From: Eledone cirrhosa
Lineage: Eukaryota
DNA length: 64,000 nt
Assembly: GCA_964016885.1 (NCBI GenBank)
Contig: OZ024740.1
Coordinates: 183,272,001-183,336,000 of the forward strand
Direction of reading: 5' to 3'
Positions 53,360 through 64,000 of this stretch are shown one piece after another; the stretch's first letter is position 1; the number at the start of each line of letters is the position of its first letter. The position numbers were made by a program, and so were the translations under genes. A model generated the notes under the pieces. It did no database searches. It was given only the letters and a program-made list of their open reading frames with translations, and was not told the DNA's origin.

Positions 53360-56300
53360 ACAATTATTATTGTTTATTGAGTCTCAGTCATTGATGTTAT
53401 TTAACTGAAAAGTTTGTTGAAATAAATATCAAGCCACTACCTGCAGCCTCAGTTATTCAGGACGTATCGGAGGGTTCTTGCTGTTCCCAGCAAGCATGCC
53501 TTTTGAAGTGTTCCAAAAGGTGGGGCTGGACTAATCTTCTTTAACCATCATTGAAATCTCTTTGAGATAGTACCTAGTGCACCTATGACAATTGGGACGA
53601 CCTTGATTTCATGGCAGTTCCAAATCTTTTTTAACTCCCACTTAAAATCCTGGTATCGGTTAATTTTCTCCCTCTCCTTTTCTTGCACTCTCGTGTCAAA
53701 TGGGCAGGCTGCATCTATAATCAGCACAATTTGTATCCTTGTCCAAAACCACCAGGTCAGGCCTATTGTGTTCTAATTACTTGTACGTCTGCATCCTAAA
53801 ATCCCATAGCATCTTCACCTGTTCGTTTTCTATCACCGACTCTATGCTCATACCACTTCTCAGAATGTGGTAAATTGTTTACTTTGCATAGATGCCAGTG
53901 GATCACCCTGCCTATCACATCATGTCTCTAGCCTTTATAGTGAGTCTGGGCTAGGTGTTTACACTCGGATACAATGTGAGCCACAGTCTCCTCTCTCTCT
54001 CCACAGATCGTTTACAGTGGGCTAGCCTCCTTGTAAATATGGTGTTTCAGCCAATTCGATTTGAGGGCCTGCTCTGGCACAGCCATTAGCATTCCTTCTG
54101 TAGCCTTTTTAAGGTCTCTTTTCAACCAGTTCCATGTCTGTGGATATTTTAATTCACTCTTCTCAAAGAAGGTACTATGAAGGGATTTTTCATGAAGGCT
54201 GCTCTTCCTCCTCGTTGTTATTTCCTCCTTGCACATCCCCTGGTCTATTGTCCTCTCCTTCAGTACAATTCTGAGCATTGGATCCTTACTATCAGTCACG
54301 TATTTGTGTAGGTTGTTTTTCTCCATCTGAACACAGTCATCTATGCTGATAAGACCTCTTCCACCTTCAGATCTCTTTAAGTAGAGTCTATCGACATCAC
54401 TCCTCTTGTGGAACATGTTGTAGATAGTCAATAGCTTCCTAGTCTTCCTATCCATTTCGTTTTGTTCAGTAACATTCCATCTCAGAATTCCCGCACTGTA
54501 CCTAATAATAGACACAGCTCGGGAATTTACTGCACTTATGGCATTCCTACTGTTCAGATGTGACTTTAATACGCTCCTTACTCTCAGAATGTATTCAGAT
54601 CTTATCAATTCCTTCATTTTTTTTATCTTGATGTCATCAGCCTCCAGAATACCCAAATACTTGTATCCTTCTTCAGTGTCAATTTCCTTTATCATATCAC
54701 CTGTTGGTACCTGGATTCCGTTGCTTCTGCTCAATTTACTCCTCTTCATCACAAGGACTCCACACTTACAAATACCAAATTGCATACATATATCATTGCT
54801 GAAAATACGGACAGTGTCAACAAGCACATCTAACTCCTTCTCACTTTCCCGAAGAGCTTAAGATCGTCCATGAAGAGGAGGTGATTGATGGTAAGCTCTC
54901 CCTTTCCCAACTTGTATCCTGCTCTCACTTTTCGCAGTATAATGGTCAGGGGCATCAGGGCAAGGACAAACAACAGAGGGGACAGACTATCTCCCTGGAA
55001 GATACCTCTCTTGATCTTCACGCCTCCCAAGGTTTCTCCAGCTGATGTTAACTCTGTTTTCCAGGACTTCATACTTTTGCTCAACAACTGTCTGATGTTA
55101 TCTGCCACCTTGAAGATCTCTAGGCTTTTGGTGATCCAAGAATGAGGTAACATGTCAAATGCCTTTTTGTAGTCTATCCATCCCATGGCAAGACCAGTGT
55201 GTCTCCTCTTGCAATTCCTCATTACCATCTTATCAATAAGTAACTGGTCCTGTGTACCACGGGACTTCTTTCGGCATCCTTTCTGTTCGTCCGGTAACAA
55301 GTTGTTTGTGGAGGTGATGGTAGATTTCCTCAGGCACAATGCTTGTCAACAGTTTCCACATACGGACAGACATGTGATAGGTCTATAGTTGGTAACATCA
55401 TTACCCTTGATTCAGTCTTTCATTACCAGAACTGTGGTACCTTTTGTCAACCACTCTGGTACCTTACCTGACATCAAGCAGTCATTGAACATGGTTGTCA
55501 GTTTCGGGTAGAAGGATGTTATATTTTTCATCCAATACCCCTGCACACCATCTGGGTCTGGTGATTTCCAGTTGGTTAGTTTTGGGGCCTGCCCCTTAAG
55601 AGTTTCAACTGTGATACTCAAATCAGTTTGTTGGTGTGCTTGTTCACTAATCTCCTTTTCAGCTGTCTCAATCCACACTGCCTAATCATTATGTTCAACA
55701 TCCTGCTCCCATATTCCTCTCCAGAATGTCTTAGTCTGTTTCGCATCACGGATCACGTTGTTGCCTCTTTCTTTCCCTTCAAGCTGTCCAAACAACATCT
55801 TCTGGTTGTTGTCAAACATGCGGTTCTGTCTATACTGACTCTGCTCTCGTATTGCCTAATTTTTGCACTCTTTGCTACAATGCTTTGCTTCAGTTCCTCT
55901 ATGTTAATATTTACCTTTTTCCTCCTAGTTTTGTACTTTATTTCCAGTCTATTTTTAGTGTCTATGTTTTTTAGTGTCCCATTCAGTAGGGACTCAAGCT
56001 TTCCAATGTCATTTTTCATTTCCCTGATTTGACCATTCAGTCTTTTCTTCCACCAAGGTTCTGATCTTTCTTGTTTGTTGTTTCCTCTCGCTTTTATGCC
56101 AAGTAATTTCCTCACCGCATTTGCTGTTGCTTTGAGGATATTGTTGCACTGGTGAAGGCTCCTCGCCTCAAGGTATGGGATGACTTTGTTTACCATGGCT
56201 GTTGTTTCTTTTAACTTTTTCCTGTCTACAAATCTTAGGTTCATAGGTTTCCCACTATCATTGTTCATTTCATCTACCACTAAGTTTAGGATATCAACCA

Positions 56301-56986
56301 AATCTTGTTCTAGCCCGTCAGCATTCATTTCATCAATGGCCGTATCTTTGTTCCAGATATTATTTATTTCAGCAGTTAGATCATTGTCTGCTTCGGATGC
56401 TTCCTCCGTTCTCTCAACCTCTTCACCTTCATTTCCCACTGGCTCGTTTGCCTGGCATACTCCACTCTCCATTTCCAACCTAATCTCTCTGCTCAGTTCC
56501 TTCAGTACCAGCTCGCTTATCCACCCATTAGTTCTTATTACCCGAGCCTGCCCGGCCAATGTTTGTTCATCTAAGTTAAATAGACCAATATCGTTCCAGA
56601 TGTTATGCATCCGTTTCCTATAGCCTTTTTCCTTGGGGTTACTCTTCAGGTAACATTGCATAACAGTTCTATTCAATTCTTTCATACAGTTGGTTCTGGT
56701 CCCTTTCCTTCTTCTTCTTCCTCCGACACCAGCAGTATTTGGTTGACAGCCAGGTCCCTGCTGCTGAGCCAGGGAACACCTGCTGGGTGAGAGTGTGTCA
56801 CATGACATTCCAGTCTCCACTTCACCATTATTCGGACTGTTTAAGTTCGACATTTAAACAATCATATCGAGGATTGGTGAATGTATGGTTACATAACCAC
56901 CGGTGATTTCATCACACTCGGTGATTTTAGTCTGGCCCTATGACGCTGTAGACGAACATAAATAAACAAACAAACAAATATGTTCT
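53360..56986 (-). mobile_element. Near full-length R4/Dong-clade non-LTR retrotransposon (RT plus RLE), disrupted
   Basis: Single broken ORF from ATG 56853: N-terminal VMQCY..GYRKRM..W..EQ.LA.Q motif; RT ([35 protein letters not shown]); CCHC (CGEREETVAHIVSEC), RHD and RPDLVV..IDAA..IVIGALG restriction-like endonuclease; TAA-rich flanks. Confidence 0.9.
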
Positions 56987-57077
56987 TTGAGTCTCACTCA
57001 TTGATGTTATTTTACTGGAAAGTTTGTTGAAATGAATATTATCATTATTATTATCATCATCATCATTATTAATAATT

Positions 57078-57267
57078 ATTATTTCTACTTTTGGCACAAG
57101 GCCAGCAATTCACCAGTGCATTACTGATACTTTATTTTATCGACCCCGTAAGGATGAAAGGCAAAGTTAACCTCGGTGGGATTTGAACTCAGAATGGCAA
57201 GGGCTGTAACTCTATGTGTCAAAGCATGGCGTCCGACCCTTTACCTATACTGCCAATCAACCGCCAT
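57078..57267 (-). mobile_element. Meta-like tRNA SINE
   Basis: Well-preserved reverse complement of the 14262/60616 type; further copies near 27580, 47640, 51735, 52572, 58740, 59250, 61920 and 62330. Confidence 0.75.
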
Positions 57268-58239
57268 AATAATAATTGTTTCTACTTAATAATAATAATA
57301 ATCACTGCAGTATGTCTTATAAACTCATGAATAGATAACAGGTTTTATAAGACTTCAACACACAGATGAAAAGAACAAAATAAAAGAAGAAAGCTGACAT
57401 GTTAATAAACTATTTCAATATTATTTAGGAAAATACTAGTGCAAAAATATTCCATTAAATCATAACCTATATAGAAACTTTAGGGACTACTTTTCAACAG
57501 TGTACTATAAACAAGATGGTGGCAACCACTCTCTGTCAAAAACCTATCTACACTAGTTAACATTGAAGAACTAGCAGTCAATAGAATCAAGAATTATCAA
57601 TAGGTAAAGATATGTGGAATCAGTCAGCAAGATCCCAGATTTCACTCATTTACCAAGTGTGGTGGAACTCATCAAAGGAAACCAAGGAAACAGAGTTTCC
57701 ATAGCTCTATCCATTGCTGGTACTATTTATTGGACACAACTCCTGGTAGAAAGGGCAACGTGAAATAAAGTGTCTTGCTCTAGGACATAACTGACACCTG
57801 GTCTCAGAGTTGAACTCACAACCTCATGATTGTGAATGAATTCTCTAACTATTAAGCCACCTGTTTTCATTGAAATATGGTTGGCGATGAATGCATGCAA
57901 AGAACAAGAACGAAAAATGAACAAAACGAATTTAACAACTCTCCGAAATTGTAACTACACAAGCTAGTTCTCATCATCCCCAGGCCAGTGTATATCATGA
58001 AAACAATGCATTAAGATAAATTTAAATTAGTACACAGACTAGAAGATGGAACAAAGAAGGTCTTCAAAGAGATGAGGTAAATGTTAGACAAGATCCCAAT
58101 GCAGCAGTATATTCAATGTGATACCATATTCTAAATGCTATACTTAACAAAACTTGTGCATGGTCCAGTCATCATAACTAAGTACAGTTGTCATAACTAA
58201 GTTCTACCCAGGCGTTTCAAATCTCAAGTTATTTTCATC

Positions 58240-58712
58240 TGAAACATTTCTGTTACCCTAACTTGAAGTGCCACATTGAATTTCTGTTGGGACAATGATA
58301 CATTTCTGTTGGGGCTACTTGAATTTCTGTTGGAGCTTCATTGAATTTTTATAGGGGTTACATTGAATTTCTGTTGGGGTAACATTGAATTTCTGTTGGG
58401 GTAACATTGAATTTCTGCAGGGGTTACATTGAATTCCTGTTATGGTAATGTTGAATTTGTGTTGGAGTAATGTTGAATTTGTGTTGGGATAACATTGAAT
58501 TTCTGTTGGGGTTACATTGAATTTTTGTTGGTGCTACTTGAATTTCTGTAGGGGTAACATTGAATTTTTGTTGGGATGACATTGAATTTCTGTTGGAGCA
58601 GCATTGGATTTCTGTAGGAGTAACACTGAATTTCTCTTGGGCTACATTGAGTTTCTGTGTGGATAACACTGAATTTCTGTTGGGGTAACACTGAATTTCT
58701 TTTGGAATAACA
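58240..58712. repeat. 22-bp minisatellite (ACATTGAATTTCTGTTGGGGTA), roughly 20 diverged units
   Basis: Head-to-tail repeats with period 22 and no spacers. Confidence 0.9.
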
Positions 58713-60615
58713 ACGAATATGTAGTGAATTGACATTAGAGCACATGACAAGATGCTTATTTGTTCCACCTCATTTCAAGTTCAAATCCTGCCTCAGTCAA
58801 TTTTCCTTTTATCTTTTCACTGGGGAATAGAATAAAAAACCTCTCCAGTGTAGTGGAATTGTTAGAGCATAAAACAAGTTTCCTTGCAGTATTCATTCCA
58901 GTACTTTCTGAGTTATAATCCCACTGTTTAACACCAGCACTTACCACTTTAATGCCTTTGACTAATTCCACTTTAGGTAGGTCTCCATTTTGAGGATATA
59001 TTCGTCCCCCACTTCCACATGCCTTAGACACCCTCATTACAGCAGCAAGTGTTTTAAAGCTTCTCTTCCACGTTAAAGCAGGGATTAGTTTTGTGAGCAT
59101 CATGCTAAGATTCATGTTTGTTATGGGGTCCTTTTTCAAGCAATGTGCTATGGCTAAATGTCCTTCTTGGTGCCAACATTTTTAGTTGCCTCATGACATG
59201 CAGGGATCTGGTGTGTCTATTTTAAATTGGATATACACTGAATGGGGTGAAAATTGGCAGAGTCGGACAGAATGCTTTGTGGTATTCATTTTGGCTCTCT
59301 GATCTCTGACTTCAAATCCCACCAAGGTCAACTTTGTCTTTCATCCACTTAAGTTAGATATAAAAAAGTATCAGTCTAGTACTGGTGTTAATTATTCCTC
59401 CATGTTCTTTCTCACTTCCTCTCTCTCACTTTATATCCTTCTCTGGAAGAAATCTGCTATGTTCAGGCCTGGAGAGGGATGGGCTCTGCCAGACTTAAAA
59501 ATACCCAAGAAATGCTGTATGTTACTTCTGTCCCCCTACAACTACATCAGCAGTTATGGGACCATACCATACACAGAATATCGGATGCCCTGACTAAACA
59601 ATAACAAATATGGTACACTTTATAAACTGTATTATGTTTTAAGAATAAATCTACTGATATTTTAGATGATAGAAGATGCAATAGAGAAGAAGTTGGAACT
59701 GGCAAAATTATTTCAAATCTAGCATATGATTAGTAAAATTCACCATCACCAATCTGCATTGGGACATCAATATTTGTGTAGTGGTAGTGATTTATTTAAA
59801 ATACAATTTAGTTAATTCATTACCATCACTGAAAAGAATGGGAAATGATGGTATGTGGTATGTGGGGTTAACTAAACTTTGTGAATTTTATTTTTAATGA
59901 GGAGAAAGTTTCTGAAAATTCTACATGTCATGAATATTGATGACATGAGGGAAACAGACTCTTAATTTTCATCAAGTTTTATACACATGTGAATTTCAAA
60001 TGTGATTTAAATACCATTTAATATAAGAGCATCGTGGAGCCTTGGTGTGCCTTCTTGACCTACTATAAATAGCAGATACATTTCCCTCTAATCACTTCCT
60101 ACCATATTAAGGAAAGAAAACTGGTATCCATGATACTCCTAAAGAGATAGACTGAGCTGAGCTACACAACAAGTAAAGTCACATTGGATAGTGTAGTCGT
60201 AGATACACTGTGCTTGAAAAACAGGTGGAATAGGTACAGCTGGAACACTACTCATCATTGATCTGCTTACTTATAATTTGGCTTGACCTGGGGCTAAACA
60301 AAAACAGCAAAATACTATTTAGCTTCATTTCCTATGAGAAGAAATATGTCATCATTTCCTAATTACCACTGCATTATATAAATGTTTGGCAAAAATGAGA
60401 TGTACTTGTAAACCAAAGGGCCAGCTTTATTTTACATTGTGACATGCTAAATCTTTCTGAAAACTGCATAAAGAGTGGACGTATCAGTGAAAGGCTCAGC
60501 TACCTGCATGTTATATTCACAATATGTGTTCAAATGTTATGCATTTAGCAAGCTTAATTATGGAAGAAAATCAAGCACAATTTAAATATCTAGCATATAT
60601 TATGAAGATATAGAA

Positions 60616-60800
60616 GGCAGTGAATTGGCAGTATTGGTAGAGGGTCAGACATGCTTTCCAGCGTAGTTACATCCCATTACGATCTGAGTTCAAATCCAAC
60701 CGAGGTTAACTTTGCCTTCCATCCTTATGGAGTCGATAAAATAAAGTACCAGTAATGTACTTGGTAATTGCTGGCCTTGTGCCAAAAGTAGAAACAATTA
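60616..60800 (+). mobile_element. Meta-like tRNA SINE
   Basis: GGCAGTGAATTGGCAG head, GAGTTCAAATCC B box, core and GTAGAAACAATTA end. Confidence 0.75.
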
Positions 60801-63397
60801 TGAAAATATAGGAATTTATGCTTCAAAATAGCTTGAATTTTTAATTAAGATCAGTAACAGCCTGTGTTTTATTGAGCTCTTAATGTCATGTATTACATGA
60901 AACAGCATGAGCAAGATATTCTTGAAAAGTACAAAACAGCACTATGACTGCATTATGTTAACTATCAAAGTCTTTAATTTTGATTTTAACTGTAATTTTT
61001 TCACAATAACAAAAGTTACTATAAACATTTGATTTAACAAACTAGATAAAGCTACGTTAGCAAGACATTCTTGAATATATGATATTACTATAAGTGCATC
61101 ACTTTAAACATTTTTTTAAATATTTAAAGTCTGTAGCAAACCCAGAAGCTGATCAGGCCAGTGCTTATCCCGGTTTCAATGATGTTAAATTATTGATGGT
61201 AGAAGACTACCCATTGAATAGGATGCCAGTCCATCACAGGGTTAAACTTCCTGCTACTGCTGGTACTCATTTTCAGCGTAGTATAATTGAGCAACGTGAA
61301 ATAAAGTGTTGAGATCAATAACGCAACACACAACCCAGTCCATGAATCAAACACATGACACTAACACTGCATCACATTAAAGATTAACGTTTTTACTCCA
61401 ATACTGCAAATTTTCATAATCATTTATTCATTAGTAAGGAGGCTATAAACATTTGAATTGACAAGCCTGTTTTTAGATATTTTCTGTTTGATCATTACAT
61501 GAGTTCAAACATGTCTGTGCAATTAAGAAGCTGCATTTTTAAAATGTATATATAAAACTTGCTTAACCATTTAGATGACTGAGTGAACCTCATTTTATTT
61601 CTGGTACTACTTTTATCAAGCCACAAATAAATGTATAGCAATGTTAATACTGGTGGGATGAGAAATGAGAATGCAGATCAGCATAACTAAATACTGTATG
61701 ATATTCTGTAAAGATTGTTGAAAGTATATTTTTATGCAGGCACATTGCAAAAGAGTCCATCTAAAGATAGTTTTCTTTGCCTTGTACAAGTTTATTTAAC
61801 AATATAGGGCAGAATTATATTCTGAATTTGCTGTTGATGCTGTTGTGTAACTTCACATTTAACCTGATTTGAGAGACACGTGGTACATAGGTAGACAGTC
61901 AAACTATTAAGTGTAATCTTTCTTAGTCAGCATTGCTTTTCATCATTCCAAGTCGATAAATAAAGTACCAGTCATGTACTGGGGATGATTCTTCTCATTG
62001 TCTTTCTCTCATGTTCTCAGCTACAGGCTAGCTACCTCTCATCTAGCACACTACAAAAGCAGTTGAGTCTGTGGGTGTGCACCAGGAAATTTCCTCTACA
62101 AGATGTATGAGTGATCAAAGTGCATTTTATTTTTTATTGAAGAACAGCTGTTGCCCATGCATGTACATTTCTCTTCTCCAAAACACTGATGTTGTCCAAA
62201 AGAACGTTAAGGGCTGATACACGTTGGCTTCAGTGTTGTTGCAGACATTACCATTAAAATGTAAAGAGCTGGTACTGATATTGCAATGCATCTTCTCCAA
62301 CGTTCTAATAATTTTACTAATGTACTTTAGGCAGGTACTTTATCCACCCTAAATGATTAAAAGCGAAGTTGAACTCAGCAGGATTAGAATCTAGAATGAT
62401 GGAATAAATTCTGTAAAATATTCTATCAAACACGCTAATGACTCTGCCAATTTTCCACCTATATGATGACGGAAATGATAATATTAATGTAATTCTGAAA
62501 ACAAAATGTGATCATAACTTTATTTCAGTTCTTTTCTTTCTATTCATGTTATTATGTTAGGGAACATAATAGATAAATAATAATTTCTTTTCTCATAAAT
62601 TCTAATTAGTTTTCTATCTTAATGCTCGCAATATCACTTCCCTCTGGATTTGTATTGAAAAATACATTTGATTATTATTATTTTTTTTTACATGTTGAAG
62701 AAATAATCAAATAAATAAATGAATAAATAAAAACAATAATTTGAAAACATCTCTCTGGAATGAACTAAAGTAAAGCAATATGAAGTATTGTCTTGTAATT
62801 TCAAATTCTTGATCATTAAATGATAATTTTTTTTTAAAGTTATTGTTTTACATTTTAACATTTCTGTTTTCTTGTCATCTTGTATTTTAATATTTCCTTT
62901 CTTTTCTTTTTTCTTTTGATTGATCACTGATAATAGTTTCCCTTGTATTTCTTAAAAAAGAAAAGTCTATTAAAGGAGAGGGTGGTATATAGAATAACCC
63001 AACCCACAGCAAAATGAGAAAAAGAGTTTGGTAGAATAAACAAATAATGATTTCTGTAGTAATAAGCCCCAAATTTTGAGGGAGTAAAAATCAATTAACA
63101 ACTTCTGAATTCTGTAGTAAAAGGCCAGATATATTGTAAGTGGGGAGTCACGTGGAGGTGTGTTGATTTAATCAAGAAATAAAGACACGTAACTAATTAT
63201 ACCATAAAAGCATTTTGTCAAGCGATTCTCACAATTTCTTTATTTCATTTCTGGCTCTTGGGATGAATGAATAATGACAAAGATTCATTGTTTTTTATAA
63301 GTACGTTTTCATTTTTCATTTATTTTCAATTCAGACAGGAAATATAAAGATTTTACAGGGGATTAGGAATAGAAATAAATGAAAAGCATATACGCGC

Positions 63398-63717
63398 ATC
63401 ACACCGCCCCTTTAAATGTAAAGTTATGTTGGTGCCACAACATCCAGGTCGAAACAAATGAGATCGTGTAGGTGTCATGACAAAAAAACACACAGTCCAC
63501 GCTGTAATGTGGCCGTGTAGGCAACACGGTAAAAACCTCCCAGCCCCACACTGTAAATGTGGTTGGTGTTAGGAAGGGCATCCAGCTGTAGAAAACCCGC
63601 CAGACAGTCCTATGCGAGCAAGACAATCACTCTTGCCTCAAGTGGGAAAACCCCCGTCCAAACCCATGCAAGCGTGGAACACGGACGTAAAACGTTGATG
63701 ATGATGATGATGATGAT
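63398..63717 (+). mobile_element. RTE family A 3' UTR copy
   Basis: Near-identical to 4060-4373; (GAT)n tail. Confidence 0.9.
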
Positions 63718-63859
63718 ATATATATATAGATTAATAGATTGACATAGCTGAAATTTCTCGAAATCTAATGCACCTGATGATTTGAATGTGTACCTTTAAT
63801 TTGAAGAAACTTAACTCGTTTGATACCAACCCAACTCTGTAGCTTAGCCAGAGTGAGAA

Positions 63860-64000
63860 TGGGATGGAGAAATATAGGGAGCTACTATTGCTGCTGGCTA
63901 CAAAGGGTTTTCTCCTCAAAATGAAAGGCAAATTGTATGATCTGTGTGTACTAACAACAAGGCTGCATGGAAGTGAGACCTTGGCATTGTGTGCAGTGGA
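63860..64000 (+). mobile_element. Degenerate RTE ORF fragment running off the window
   Basis: RELLLLLATKGFLLKMKGKLYD..LHGSET aligns with the 3145-3990 protein. Confidence 0.65.

Noticed and set aside
56860-56986. HDV-like ribozyme in the R4/Dong 5' UTR
   Set aside because: Expected from related elements, but a full P1/P2/P3 pseudoknot could not be built by eye; it needs an RNAMotif or Infernal search.
58240-58712. CRISPR-like array (also 7867-8055)
   Set aside because: Head-to-tail diverged repeats without unique spacers, no cas genes, eukaryotic context.
58756-59139. 127-aa minus-strand ORF as a host exon
   Set aside because: It has a GTAAGT donor-like site but no clear acceptor or recognisable domain, and its end runs into a SINE.

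Overview
AT-rich, repeat-dense eukaryotic genomic DNA, most likely from an octopus or other coleoid cephalopod. This is inferred from the (TA)n/(TATG)n tracts, the CORE-type and Meta-like tRNA SINEs and the RTE LINEs with (TGA)n tails; no database search was possible. No host gene can be called confidently, and only a few weak exon candidates were seen. Recognisable content: (1) many RTE-clade LINE copies from at least two families, whose RT carries a PHD-type zinc finger inserted between RT motifs 6 and 7; (2) a CR1/L2-group LINE (16173-19712) with tandem CCCH fingers in ORF1 and an APE-RT ORF2 broken only by two nonsense codons; (3) a Penelope-like element whose RT half is inverted relative to its GIY-YIG half and which carries a U3-A8 variant hammerhead ribozyme; (4) further hammerhead motifs in short non-coding elements; (5) an internally deleted RepHel Helitron (38929-42191) and a mini-Helitron (7788-8174); (6) a near full-length R4/Dong RLE retrotransposon flanked by a 53-bp direct repeat; (7) a long fold-back hairpin, an inverted-repeat element and minisatellites. 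Most ORFs in the track are microsatellite or antisense artefacts. Boundaries of degenerate repeats are approximate.
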